The notes: generated by a model from the sequence alone, not told the origin. Shown: positions 1-9,552, numbered from the stretch's first letter. The stretch is 64,000 nucleotides of DNA from Minisyncoccota bacterium (GCA_041662205.1 JBAZSZ010000001.1:81973-145972); one strand, 5' to 3'. A program made the numbers and translations.

Positions 1-822
1 TGGGAATGCCGACACCGCTACGAACTTGACTGGTCTCACTGCTTCTATTACTAATTTGAATTCGGTAACGGGAGTGTTAGGATCAGCTGCTTTTACGGCT
101 AGTACTTCTTATGATGCTGCCGGCTCAGCCGCCGCAGTCACGCCCACTAGTTTAGGTTTAGTCATTGGTACTGATGTTCTTGCTTACCGTACCTTCGGCT
201 CAGCCGCCAACAGTGCGACGACGGATTTTGCTGCTGCCCTCGGAGCCGATGACAATTATGTCACCGATGCACAACTCGTTGTCCTCGGTAATACCTCCGG
301 CACCAACTCTGGCAACAATGCGGCGAACTCCACCTATGCCAATGATTACCGTGCTGCCAACTTTGTGGCTGGGACCAATTACTTGGCACCGAATGGCTCC
401 GCCGCTCTCCTCACTTCTTTCCCCACGCTCAACCAGAGTACGACTGGGAATGCCGACACCGCTACGAACTTGACTGGTCTCACTGCTTCTATTACTAATT
501 TGAATTCGGTAACGGGAGTGTTAGGATCAGCTGCTTTTACGGCTAGTACTTCTTATGATGCTGCCGGCTCAGCCGCCGCAGTCACGCCCACTAGTTTAGG
601 TTTAGTCATTGGTACTGATGTTCTTGCTTACCGTACCTTCGGCTCAGCCGCCAACAGTGCGACGACGGATTTTGCTGCTGCCCTCGGAGCCGATGACAAT
701 TATGTCACCGATGCACAACTCGTTGTCCTCGGTAATACCTCCGGCACCAACTCTGGCAACAATGCGGCGAACTCCACCTATGCCAATGATTACCGTGCTG
801 CCAACTTTGTGGCTGGGACCAA
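1..822. repeat. Tandem direct repeat with a 443-bp period. Copy 1 is 1-~379 and may extend upstream. Copy 2 is 444-~822 and appears identical before diverging at ~823.
   Basis: The sequence at 1-60 recurs at 444-503, and identity continues to about 379 versus 822. The alternative-frame ORFs 165..473 and 609..839 give identical translations. Confidence 0.85.
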
Positions 823-2554
823 TTATCAAGCTCCTTTAGTTTCAAATTCAAATATCAAAACTGTTAATGGCACTTCTCTTCTCGGTAGTGGAGATATTAC
901 TCAGACATCTGTTTCAGGTAACGCGGGGACCGTCACTAACGCTACCTTTACCACGGCGCTGACGGTCAATACTGGAACCCTCACTTTGACTGCCAACGCT
1001 GCCAACACTTCTGTTCTCACTATCGGAGCTGGAGCAGTTTCAGTTTCTGGAAGTAATACCGGGGATCAGACTTTAGCAGGCCTAGGTGCCGCTGCCGCTA
1101 ATGGTTCCAACTGGACTTTTGCTTCCCAAGCAATCGGAGATTTAGCTTACGCAACTAGCGCCACTGCTTATGGAAGACTAGCAGATGTAGCAACTGGAAG
1201 TGTCTTAATCTCTGGTGGTGTTGGGGTGGCCCCATCTTGGTCTACCACTCCGACTTTTACTGGTACTAATATTTCTGGTACGGCGGCTAACTTGACTGCT
1301 GGTCATGTCACCAACGGCACCTTTACTACGGCGTTGACGGTTAACGGCGGTACAGGTGGCACAATCACATGGCCAACTGGTGCACCGACTTTAACAATTC
1401 CAAGTGGCGGGGGAACGTTGGGTACAGGTGCTTTTGCGACAATTGCTAACTATGCCCCACTTGCTTCCCCGACTTTTACTGGTACAGTTACTCTGCCGAG
1501 TGGCACAACACTTACTGCGCCAAAGTTTGTCGATCTTGGTTTTATTGCGGATGCTAATGGTAACGAAATGATTATTTTTGATACAGTGACTTCTGCTGTT
1601 AATGAAATCACGCTAGCAAACGCAGCTACAACTGCCAGCCCAACAATTTCCGCTTCTGGTGAAACAAATGTATCTTTGAATATTAAAGCCAAAGGCACTG
1701 GTAGTGTAGATGTTGGTAATACTGCTGGTACATTAGCATTTTCTATAGATTCTTCTGGTAATGTTCTCATACTACCAACATATTCTGTAACAGTAGGTGC
1801 GACTAATCGTGATCTGTATATAGATAATACTGGTAAGATTGGTTATGTTTCTTCCGCCGAGCGTTATAAAAAAGATATTTCTAATATGGAAAATATTTCT
1901 TGGCTGTATGATTTGCGCCCAGTCAATTATGTGTATAAAAATGATTCGTTGGGACGAAAGCAATATGGACTTATTGCTGAAGAAGTAGACAAGGTCAATC
2001 CGCTGTTTGTGAGCTATAATGACCAAGGACAGCCAGAAACGGTGCAGTATTCAATGTTCGCACCGGTGTTGATTAAAGCAATTCAGGAACTAAATTTAAA
2101 TTTTGAAGCTGTTGCAGGTACCGTCACTCCACTTACTGGATCTGCTTCCGAATCTTTTGTGAATGTATTCTTTAGTAATATTAAAAATACCATCGGCACA
2201 TGGCTCGCAGATGCTACAAATGGAGTGACAGATGTTTTCGCAAATGTATTTAATGCTAAAGAAAAAATCTGTGTAGATGGGGAATGCTTAACGAAGGATG
2301 ATATTCACGCCTTGCTTTTACTCGCGCATCCGACGACCACCCCGCCTCCTGCTTCAGCGGGCGAGTCGGTACCTGTTCCAGCGCCAGAAATTCCGACGTG
2401 TGTCGATCCTCAAACTTTAGTAAATAATGTTTGCATGGATCCAGCAATCGAGTCTCCGGTAGTCACTTGTTCTGATGGCATTCAAAACCAAGATGAAACT
2501 GACATAGACACTGGAGGAGTTTGTGTTCCAATTCCAGCTGAAATAGTGCCGTAA
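1..2554 (+). CDS. Tail-fibre-like repeat protein with a C-terminal intramolecular chaperone (peptidase S74-like) domain and a Cys/Pro-rich tail. It is 5'-partial and its frame is open to the window edge.
   Basis: The ORF 26..2554 is in frame with position 2. It is rich in Thr, Ser, Ala, Gly and Asn with no TM segment. The region SSAERYKKDISNMENISWLYDLRPVNYVYKND...QYGLIAEEVDKVNPLFVSY resembles the auto-cleaving chaperone domain of phage tail-spike and endosialidase proteins. A 128-aa segment is repeated identically. Confidence 0.55.
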   Translation, partial: GNADTATNLTGLTASITNLNSVTGVLGSAAFTASTSYDAAGSAAAVTPTSLGLVIGTDVLAYRTFGSAANSATTDFAAALGADDNYVTDAQLVVLGNTSGTNSGNNAANSTYANDYRAANFVAGTNYLAPNGSAALLTSFPTLNQSTTGNADTATNLTGLTASITNLNSVTGVLGSAAFTASTSYDAAGSAAAVTPTSLGLVIGTDVLAYRTFGSAANSATTDFAAALGADDNYVTDAQLVVLGNTSGTNSGNNAANSTYANDYRAANFVAGTNYQAPLVSNSNIKTVNGTSLLGSGDITQTSVSGNAGTVTNATFTTALTVNTGTLTLTANAANTSVLTIGAGAVSVSGSNTGDQTLAGLGAAAANGSNWTFASQAIGDLAYATSATAYGRLADVATGSVLISGGVGVAPSWSTTPTFTGTNISGTAANLTAGHVTNGTFTTALTVNGGTGGTITWPTGAPTLTIPSGGGTLGTGAFATIANYAPLASPTFTGTVTLPSGTTLTAPKFVDLGFIADANGNEMIIFDTVTSAVNEITLANAATTASPTISASGETNVSLNIKAKGTGSVDVGNTAGTLAFSIDSSGNVLILPTYSVTVGATNRDLYIDNTGKIGYVSSAERYKKDISNMENISWLYDLRPVNYVYKNDSLGRKQYGLIAEEVDKVNPLFVSYNDQGQPETVQYSMFAPVLIKAIQELNLNFEAVAGTVTPLTGSASESFVNVFFSNIKNTIGTWLADATNGVTDVFANVFNAKEKICVDGECLTKDDIHALLLLAHPTTTPPPASAGESVPVPAPEIPTCVDPQTLVNNVCMDPAIESPVVTCSDGIQNQDETDIDTGGVCVPIPAEIVP

Positions 2555-2595
2555 AAATGAAAATACGTTGTATCTGTGTTTATGAAAGTGCATGA

Positions 2596-2601
2596 TATAA
2601 T
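2596..2601 (+). promoter_or_regulatory. Extended -10 element (tgaTATAAT) upstream of the Gly-rich protein gene
   Basis: gcaTGaTATAAT lies about 40 nt upstream of the ATG at 2644. Confidence 0.3.
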
Positions 2602-2643
2602 ATTGAGTAGATAGTAATTAATTTTTTTTAATTAAAAAAGCAA

Positions 2644-3420
2644 ATGAAACACATAAAAAAAATAGTCTTTATCTTAACGTGTGTATTTTCTTTCCTTATT
2701 ATTTTTGGTGGTACTTTGACAGCGCAAGCTTATTCGTGTACTGGCACCAGCACGATCACTTGCACTTTTTCTTTTACTGGAAGTTTAGAAAATTGGACGG
2801 TTCCGGCGGGAGTTAATTCGATTAGCGTGACTGCAAAAGGAGCTGGCGGAGGCGGTGGTGGCAGTGATAATTCAGGCAATCAAACCGTTGGCATTAACGG
2901 TGATTTGGCTACAACCACAGTCAGTGTTACGCCCTTAGAAACACTGACAATTATTGTTGCTGGTGGCGGGATAAAAGGTGTTAATGATGGTTCTGGTAGT
3001 GCCGGAGGAGCAGGATATACAAATGGCGGTACTGGTGGAAACGGGGAATACTATGGGTATTGTGGAGATTCTGATGCAGATGAATGGGCATATGGTGGCG
3101 CAGGCGCAGGCGGATCCAGTGGAATAAAAAGAAACACCACTAGGCTTGTTGAGGCAAAAGGAGGAGATGGGGGAAAATCATCAGATTATGGTGGAGCTTG
3201 TGCTTATAATAATGGTGGATCAGGGGGCATAGGAGGGGGTAGTAATTATCCCGCTCTTACAACACAATATGGCGGTGGAACTGGTGGTGCTTTTGATACT
3301 GACGGTGGGAATGGTTCACTTATTCTAACTTATACGGGAGCCCCTTCCTCTTCTATATTTTCTTTTTATGCCGGTTCGTCGGGTTTTCGTATTTTTAGCC
3401 CCTTTCGCATTTTTTACTAA
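2644..3420 (+). CDS. Secreted glycine-rich protein with a signal peptide (hypothetical)
   Basis: An N-terminal hydrophobic segment ends in TAQA. Poly-Gly and GGxGG tracts occur throughout. No catalytic motif was recognised. Confidence 0.5.
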   Translation: MKHIKKIVFILTCVFSFLIIFGGTLTAQAYSCTGTSTITCTFSFTGSLENWTVPAGVNSISVTAKGAGGGGGGSDNSGNQTVGINGDLATTTVSVTPLETLTIIVAGGGIKGVNDGSGSAGGAGYTNGGTGGNGEYYGYCGDSDADEWAYGGAGAGGSSGIKRNTTRLVEAKGGDGGKSSDYGGACAYNNGGSGGIGGGSNYPALTTQYGGGTGGAFDTDGGNGSLILTYTGAPSSSIFSFYAGSSGFRIFSPFRIFY

Positions 3421-3459
3421 AAATAGCATTAAGACTTACCGATAGAAGTATAGAATTTC

Positions 3460-4779
3460 TTATTTAGTCTTTGTTTCTTTAGGATCCTTACTATTAGTAT
3501 CTTTTGATATTAAATGATGAAGTGATTTGTGTTCGTCGGTATTTAAGATTCCGCAATCTTTGAATTTTTTGCTACTCCCGCAGGAACAGAGTTCATCTGG
3601 AGCGCATTTATTTATCGAAACAATTCTTGTAGGTTTGAATCCATTAAAGAAAGAAGAAGAAGCGGTAGTATAAGCACCGATATTTTCGGCATAAAGCAAA
3701 TCATCTATTTCTAAATCCTCTGGTAATTCATCTGCTAGGGAAATAGTGTCAAAAGCATCACAAGTAGGGCCGAAAGTAGCACAAACTTTTTTTTCTCCAT
3801 CTTTAAATGAATGAAGAGGATAGCTTTGATGGTCGTAAATTTGTCCAGAAAAAGTATTGTAAACTCCGTCATCTAGATAGTAGCAAGTCTTTCCATCACG
3901 GATGGATTTACCGATAATTTTTGTTACTAAAGTGCAGGTGTTCGCTACCATGAATCTTCCTGGCTCAGCGATAACATCTACATCTCCATTAAACATTCTT
4001 TTGATTTCTGAGTTTATTTTTCTAGCTAACATCGGAAAAGGTTTTACGTCCGGTGTATATTTGACAGGGAACCCACCACCGATATCGAGGACTTTCATTT
4101 TCTTGCCGTCTTTATCTATGAAGCCTATGTCGAGACCTCTCAATTTTGCTTCTTTAAAAATTGAAGAAGCTAAAGAAAGAGCTAAAACGTAATTTTCAAA
4201 ATTATTACATTGGCTACCGACATGAAAGCTGATGCCTTCCACACCTAGCCCCATACCTATTGCCTCGCTCATCAAGTCTACTGCTTCTCCTGGGTGAACA
4301 CCGAATTTACTTGAAAGCTCCACCATGGAGCCAGTGTTAGGTACGCGAATTCGAAGTACTAAACGCACATCTGGAGCATTTTTCTTTATTTTTTTTAATT
4401 CTTCAATGTTATCAAAAGTAACTAAGGGTTTGTAAATATTCAACTTTTTTAAAATTGAAGCCGGCTTAATAGTATTGGCATAAATAATATTATCCCAGAT
4501 ATATTGTTGTCTTTCTTTTTCTCCCAAGTGTTTGATATTGTTGTAAACTTTCATAAATTCCTGAAAAGAAGCCACATCAAAACTAGCCCCCATGTCATAC
4601 ATGGTTTTTATGATATCAGTGTCAGAGTTAGATTTGACGGCAAAATACGCTTGAACTGTTGGCAATTTTTCCTTGAATTCTAAATAGTTCTGTCTCAGTT
4701 TTTCATGATCCACCACTAAAAGCGGAGTACCATGTTTGGCTGCGAGTTCTTGTAATTGTTTTTTTTGTTGGGTGTTCAT
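3460..4779 (-). CDS. PLP-dependent ornithine/lysine/arginine decarboxylase (alanine-racemase-fold, group IV) with a C-terminal SEC-C zinc-binding motif
   Basis: The motifs YFAVKSN, FDVASFQEF, HVGSQ and FGPTCDAFD are present, with K as the PLP lysine. The C-terminus CSCGSSKKFKDCG matches the SecA C-terminal SEC-C motif. Confidence 0.75.
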   Translation of the reverse strand: MNTQQKKQLQELAAKHGTPLLVVDHEKLRQNYLEFKEKLPTVQAYFAVKSNSDTDIIKTMYDMGASFDVASFQEFMKVYNNIKHLGEKERQQYIWDNIIYANTIKPASILKKLNIYKPLVTFDNIEELKKIKKNAPDVRLVLRIRVPNTGSMVELSSKFGVHPGEAVDLMSEAIGMGLGVEGISFHVGSQCNNFENYVLALSLASSIFKEAKLRGLDIGFIDKDGKKMKVLDIGGGFPVKYTPDVKPFPMLARKINSEIKRMFNGDVDVIAEPGRFMVANTCTLVTKIIGKSIRDGKTCYYLDDGVYNTFSGQIYDHQSYPLHSFKDGEKKVCATFGPTCDAFDTISLADELPEDLEIDDLLYAENIGAYTTASSSFFNGFKPTRIVSINKCAPDELCSCGSSKKFKDCGILNTDEHKSLHHLISKDTNSKDPKETKTK

Positions 4780-4861
4780 TTTTTTCTAACTGAAAAAATA
4801 TTATTTAAATAGTTCAGTTATTGTAGAGCAAATAGAAACTATGTCAAGCAAATACTACATA

Positions 4862-5950
4862 TTATTTTAAATAGTTTTTCTTGAATAGAAGTTCAGCGTT
4901 TAAAATTCCTCCACCAGCAGCTCCGCGAACAGTGTTATGGCTCAAAGACATGAATTTGTAATCAAAAATTTTGCATTTTCTTAAACGTCCTACAGTTACC
5001 GCCATCCCTTTATCATTATCTCTATCCTTTTTTGGCTGGGGACGATTTTCTTCTTCTTTATAAATAATAGGACAAATAGGAGCAGAAGGAAGTTTTAATT
5101 CCTGAGGTAATCCTTTAAATTTTCTCCAAATTTCTATAATTTTTTCTGCTGTTGGTTTTTTGTTTTTAAATAAAATATTAATACAAGCCAAGTGCCCATC
5201 AGTTACCGGCACTCTGGTGCAGTGAGCAGATATTTCTAGATCTTTTTTTTGAATAAATTTTCCATTTTTGATACTACCTAAAATTTTTAAGGGTTCTATT
5301 TCTGTTTTTTCTTCTTCGCCTCCAATATAAGGAACGACATTATCGATCATATCCAAGCTGGGGACTCCGGGGTAGCCTGCTCCAGAGACAGCTTGGAGCG
5401 TAGTGATAAATATTTTTTTAATTGGATAGCCTGCTTTTTCTAAAGCAAAAATAGGAGTCAGGTAGCTTTGTAGACTACAGTTTGGCTTCACCACGATAAA
5501 ACCTTTTTTCCAATTGTGGTTTTTCTTTTGTATCTCAATCATTTCTAAATGTTCTCCATTAATTTCTGGAATAAGCATTGGTACATCTAAAGTAGGGCGA
5601 TTGGCGGAAGCATTAGAAACCACTGGGATTCCGGCTTCGGCATATTTTTCTTCTATTTCCTTAATTGCTTCTTTATTAGGAATTTCAAATGCTGAAAAAA
5701 CAAAATCACATGTTTTTTTAGCTTTTTCTATATCAGCCACATCAGCCACTAAAATATTTTTTACATTTTCCGGAATTGCGGAATTCATCTGCCAGCGATT
5801 TTTGACAGCTGTGCTGTAATTTTTATTAGCAGAATTAGCCGAAGCTGCTAAATATACCACTTCAAAATAAGGATGATTTTCCAATAAGCGAATATAATTT
5901 TGACCCACCATCCCGGTGGCGCCCAGAATTCCAACTTTTAATTTCTTCAT
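4862..5950 (-). CDS. asd: Aspartate-semialdehyde dehydrogenase
   Basis: The N-terminal MKKLKVGILGATGMVGQ Rossmann motif is present. The length is 362 aa and the overall pattern fits ASD. Confidence 0.85.
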   Translation of the reverse strand: MKKLKVGILGATGMVGQNYIRLLENHPYFEVVYLAASANSANKNYSTAVKNRWQMNSAIPENVKNILVADVADIEKAKKTCDFVFSAFEIPNKEAIKEIEEKYAEAGIPVVSNASANRPTLDVPMLIPEINGEHLEMIEIQKKNHNWKKGFIVVKPNCSLQSYLTPIFALEKAGYPIKKIFITTLQAVSGAGYPGVPSLDMIDNVVPYIGGEEEKTEIEPLKILGSIKNGKFIQKKDLEISAHCTRVPVTDGHLACINILFKNKKPTAEKIIEIWRKFKGLPQELKLPSAPICPIIYKEEENRPQPKKDRDNDKGMAVTVGRLRKCKIFDYKFMSLSHNTVRGAAGGGILNAELLFKKNYLK

Positions 5951-5978
5951 AGTTTTTTTTATTTATTTATTTAATAAA

Positions 5979-6842
5979 TTAATTATACACGATTTTACCA
6001 ACTTTTGTCTTTAATTTGGGATTTATAAGAGAAGTTATTTCTAGTGGAGTATTGAATAATTTAGCATATTGAATTGCTTTATCGTGGATTATTCTTCCAG
6101 CCTTTTCTGCCTCTCGATAGCTAATAGTTGGGAGATTCTTTGCTTCTGGAGCAATTTTGGGATCAGCAGAAAAAACTCCACCGACATCTTTCCAAAGAAT
6201 TATTTTTTTTGCTCGCAAAGCAGAACCGACAAAGCAAGCCGTAGTATCTGTACCACCTCTTCCTAGAGTTGTGGTTTTACCTTCTTTTGTTTTACCGGTA
6301 AAGCCGGGAATGACTGGAATTTCTTTTAGATCATTAATTTTTTCTTGAACATTTTTTTGGGAGATTTTGTAAATAATATTGGCATTTCTAAAATTATCAT
6401 CAGTCATTATAGGGATTTCTTCTGCCAAGAATCTTCTGGCTGGCAATCCAAGCATCTCTAGATAAAAGGTAAAAATAGTGGCAGACAATTTTTCTCCATA
6501 AGCTACAATTTTATCCTCGTTTGCGGATATAGTTTTGTCCAATTCAAGATCTTTTTCCATATTGTCAAATAATTTATTTAATTCATTTTTGGCCTTTTTC
6601 TGCCATTCTTTTTTGAATCCTAGATCTATCATTACTTGAAAATTTGTCTTTTTGAATTTTCTTAAAAAAGCTCTATCTTTAATTGTTAAAAGTTCATTCG
6701 TGACTCCGGGTAAGGCTGAAATTACCACGACTGGTTGATAGCCATCTTTTATTTGTTCACGTAAACGTTCCACCATTAGAGGAATAAAATTTTTAATTAA
6801 AATACCTCCTCCGAATTTATTAACGATTATTTTTTTGGGCAT
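5979..6842 (-). CDS. Aspartokinase, catalytic domain only, with no ACT regulatory domains
   Basis: It belongs to the amino-acid kinase family (KFGGG). TLGRGGTDTTA resembles the aspartokinase GRGGSDxTA motif. At 287 aa it is too short to carry ACT domains. Confidence 0.65.
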   Translation of the reverse strand: MPKKIIVNKFGGGILIKNFIPLMVERLREQIKDGYQPVVVISALPGVTNELLTIKDRAFLRKFKKTNFQVMIDLGFKKEWQKKAKNELNKLFDNMEKDLELDKTISANEDKIVAYGEKLSATIFTFYLEMLGLPARRFLAEEIPIMTDDNFRNANIIYKISQKNVQEKINDLKEIPVIPGFTGKTKEGKTTTLGRGGTDTTACFVGSALRAKKIILWKDVGGVFSADPKIAPEAKNLPTISYREAEKAGRIIHDKAIQYAKLFNTPLEITSLINPKLKTKVGKIVYN

Positions 6843-6974
6843 TTATTTGAAATAAAACTAAGTTTTTTCAATATACCTTATTTTCTTCAAAAAACAAAGA
6901 AAAAAAAGATTGACTTTAAGGTGGTAAGTAGTAAACTATTCTTATTATAATTTTATTATTTTTTTAAAAAAAAT

Positions 6975-8225
6975 ATGGCTAAAATACTTGTAATAGGTTC
7001 TGGGAATGTGGGCAGAGTGGGTTTGCATAAGATGGCTCAATATCCTGAAATTTTTTCTGATATTCATGTAGTCAGTCGTACCACTAAAAACTCTGAAGCA
7101 GTGAAGGCTTCAATTTTAAAAAAGACACGCGGGAAAGTAAAAATAAATGTACACCAAGGAGACGCTGGGGACAAGAAATTTTTACTAGAGCTTTTTAAAA
7201 AAGTGAAGCCTGATATCTTGGTGCATTTTGGGCTGTCCTATGACAATTTAGTCATTATGGATGTTTGCTTGGAAATGGGTGTGAATTATATCGATACCTG
7301 TTGTTATGAAGATCCTAAAAAATACGGTTTTTCTTACAAATTGCAATTAGCCAAAGACAAAGATTTTAAGAAAAAAGGATTGCTAGCAGTTACTGGTTTA
7401 GGATTTGCTCCGGGGGTAACAAATATTTTTGCTGCTTACGCGCGAGATTATCTTTTTGATAAAATAGACACCATTGATATCATTGATTGCAATGGTGGTT
7501 CGAAAGATAAAAAAATAAAATTTGCTCCGAATTTTAATCCAGAAATTAATTTACGAGAATTAATTTTACCGATTTCTTTTTGGGAAAAAGGGAAGTGGCA
7601 GAAACGCGGACGTTTGATCGACGAAGACGCATCTTTTTTTGAATTTGATTTTCCAGAGACTGGCAAGTTTACTCCCTATTTGATGTATCATGAGGAATTG
7701 GAAACTTTGGTTTCTCGCATTCCACATCTAAAAAGAGCAAGATTTTGGATGACCTTTTCACCGGTTTATCTTTCTTACTTGCGAGTATTGTTTGATGTTG
7801 GTATGACCAGAATTGATCCAGTTAAATATAATGGTTGCGAAGTTGTCCCAGTAAAATTCTTGAAAGCTCTCTTGCCTACGGGGGACGATTTCAATGAAGG
7901 TTATAAAGGCAAAACTATTGCCGGTGATATTATTTCTGGAGTTAAGGATGGTAAGAAAAAAGTAGTTTATGTTTATAATGTTACCGATCATCATAAGGCA
8001 TTTTTAGAAACTGGTGGCAATGGAATAGGATACAATACAGCTGTCCCTACAGTCGCATGCGCCAAGCTGATGCTAGAGGGTAAGTGGGGTGGTAGCGGCG
8101 TAAAGGTTCCCGAGGACAAAACTCTCGATTCAAAGGTATTTTTAGAAGAGATGGATAAAATGGGTTTGCCTTGGGTCGTTAAAAAACTAAAAGATCTTCC
8201 TCTCCAACTGAAGAAAAATTATTAA
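6975..8225 (+). CDS. Carboxynorspermidine/carboxyspermidine dehydrogenase (saccharopine-dehydrogenase family)
   Basis: ILVIGSGNVGRVG is an NAD(P)-binding motif. IDTIDIIDCNGGSKDKKIKFAPNFNPEIN, RARFWMTF and LKALLP match CANSDH-type enzymes as I remember them. This is from memory, not a search. Confidence 0.7.
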   Translation: MAKILVIGSGNVGRVGLHKMAQYPEIFSDIHVVSRTTKNSEAVKASILKKTRGKVKINVHQGDAGDKKFLLELFKKVKPDILVHFGLSYDNLVIMDVCLEMGVNYIDTCCYEDPKKYGFSYKLQLAKDKDFKKKGLLAVTGLGFAPGVTNIFAAYARDYLFDKIDTIDIIDCNGGSKDKKIKFAPNFNPEINLRELILPISFWEKGKWQKRGRLIDEDASFFEFDFPETGKFTPYLMYHEELETLVSRIPHLKRARFWMTFSPVYLSYLRVLFDVGMTRIDPVKYNGCEVVPVKFLKALLPTGDDFNEGYKGKTIAGDIISGVKDGKKKVVYVYNVTDHHKAFLETGGNGIGYNTAVPTVACAKLMLEGKWGGSGVKVPEDKTLDSKVFLEEMDKMGLPWVVKKLKDLPLQLKKNY

Positions 8226-8245
8226 TCAAGTTGCTAATATTGTAA

Positions 8246-9496
8246 ATGGCTAATCAAACATGTCTAATAAAGACAGAGAATCATCTGGGTCACGGAGAGC
8301 CAACAACCGAACCTTGGAGTACTGGTAAAGGATGGAAAGCAGAAGATTTTGTAAATCTAGAAACTCCTTGTTTTGTGGTAGACGAAAAGAAGATAGAACA
8401 CAACCTAAAGATACTAAGCAGAGTCCAGAAACAAGCTGGCTGTAAAATTCTGCTCGCCTTGAAAGGATTTTCAATGTTTAGTGTTTCTCCACTAGTAAAA
8501 AAATATTTATCCGGAACTGAAGCTAGCTCTATTGATGAAGCACGATTAGGCTGTGAAGAATTTAGCGGTGAAACGCATACTTTTTCGCCTGCTTACACAG
8601 AAAAAAATATTGCTGATTATATAAAATATTCTGATCATCTTATTTTTAATTCTTTCTCTCAGTGGAAAAGAATCCGACCGATAATTTTAAAAAGTAAAAA
8701 CCTGCCTGCCGGTAGGCATGGGAAGGTTTCTTGTGGCTTGCGGGTCAATCCCGAGCATTGCGAAACAGGCACACCCATGTATGATCCCTGCGGACCGAAT
8801 TCTCGATTAGGCATAATTAGAAAAAATTTTGAAGAACAGGAATTGGGTGGCATAGAAGGTTTGCATTACCACAATCTTTGTCAGCTGAATGCTGATGCGA
8901 TGGTACGAACCCTTGAAGCATTTGAAGAAAAATTTGGGGAATTTTTACCGAGAATGAAATGGGTGAACTTCGGTGGCGGACACCATATTACCCGCCGTGA
9001 TTATGATGTTGATCTTTTAATTAAAACAATTAAAGCTTTTAAAAAGCGACATCCTCATTTGCAAGTTTATTTGGAACCAGGTGAAGCCGTAGGGTTAAAT
9101 GCTGGGGTTTTGGTAACCTCAGTGGAAGATATTATTGATAATGACATGAATATAGCTATTCTTGATTTTTCGGCTGCTGCGCATGTGCCAGATATTCTCG
9201 AGATGCCATACAAGCCGACTATCCTAGGAGCTGATACGGGAAAAAAATATCCTCATCTTTATCGTCTTGGTGGCCCTTCTTGTCTAGCTGGAGATGTTAT
9301 CGGTAATTATACTTTTAAAAAGAAATTAGCTATCGGTGATAAAATGATATTTTTAAATATGGCGATTTACACTATGGTTAAAACCAATACTTTTAACGGT
9401 ATCAGGCTGCCATCAATTTTTCTTAGAAAATTATCAGGGAAATTTAAACTTGTAAAAAAATTTGGATATCAAGATTTTAAGGAAAGACTCTCCTGA
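8246..9496 (+). CDS. nspC: Carboxynorspermidine/carboxyspermidine decarboxylase
   Basis: The pattern is that of a group IV PLP decarboxylase. ETPCFVVDEKKIEHNLKIL and ALKGFS fit the NspC N-terminus. The gene lies immediately downstream of the dehydrogenase. Confidence 0.7.
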   Translation: MANQTCLIKTENHLGHGEPTTEPWSTGKGWKAEDFVNLETPCFVVDEKKIEHNLKILSRVQKQAGCKILLALKGFSMFSVSPLVKKYLSGTEASSIDEARLGCEEFSGETHTFSPAYTEKNIADYIKYSDHLIFNSFSQWKRIRPIILKSKNLPAGRHGKVSCGLRVNPEHCETGTPMYDPCGPNSRLGIIRKNFEEQELGGIEGLHYHNLCQLNADAMVRTLEAFEEKFGEFLPRMKWVNFGGGHHITRRDYDVDLLIKTIKAFKKRHPHLQVYLEPGEAVGLNAGVLVTSVEDIIDNDMNIAILDFSAAAHVPDILEMPYKPTILGADTGKKYPHLYRLGGPSCLAGDVIGNYTFKKKLAIGDKMIFLNMAIYTMVKTNTFNGIRLPSIFLRKLSGKFKLVKKFGYQDFKERLS

Positions 9497-9509
9497 AAAA
9501 TATAAGTAA

Positions 9510-9550
9510 TAGAAAATCCCCCGCTTGTAGGCAGGGGACTCTCATTTTTT
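9510..9550. terminator. Bidirectional hairpin plus T/A tracts between convergent nspC (+) and rnpB (-)
   Basis: The hairpin is tcccccgc-ttgtag-gcagggga. T8 follows on the plus strand and TTTTCTATT follows on the minus strand. Confidence 0.4.
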
Positions 9551-9552
9551 TT

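Noticed and set aside
165-839. ORFs 165..473(+), 609..839(+) and 644..829(-) inside the first gene
   Set aside because: They are alternative frames of the tandem 443-bp repeat within the tail-fibre-like CDS. The identical translations simply reflect the DNA repeat.
3902-4192. Short ORFs antisense to conserved genes (3902..4192, 5514..5819, 6069..6348, 25137..25598, 39280..40208, 42951..43537, 58461..58817 and similar)
   Set aside because: They are embedded antisense in well-supported enzyme genes. They are low-complexity and have no independent support.
6843-6974. Divergent promoter region between the aspartokinase and the carboxyspermidine dehydrogenase
   Set aside because: A TTGACT is present at about 6911, but no -10 lies at proper spacing. 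The region is too AT-rich to call specific promoters with confidence.
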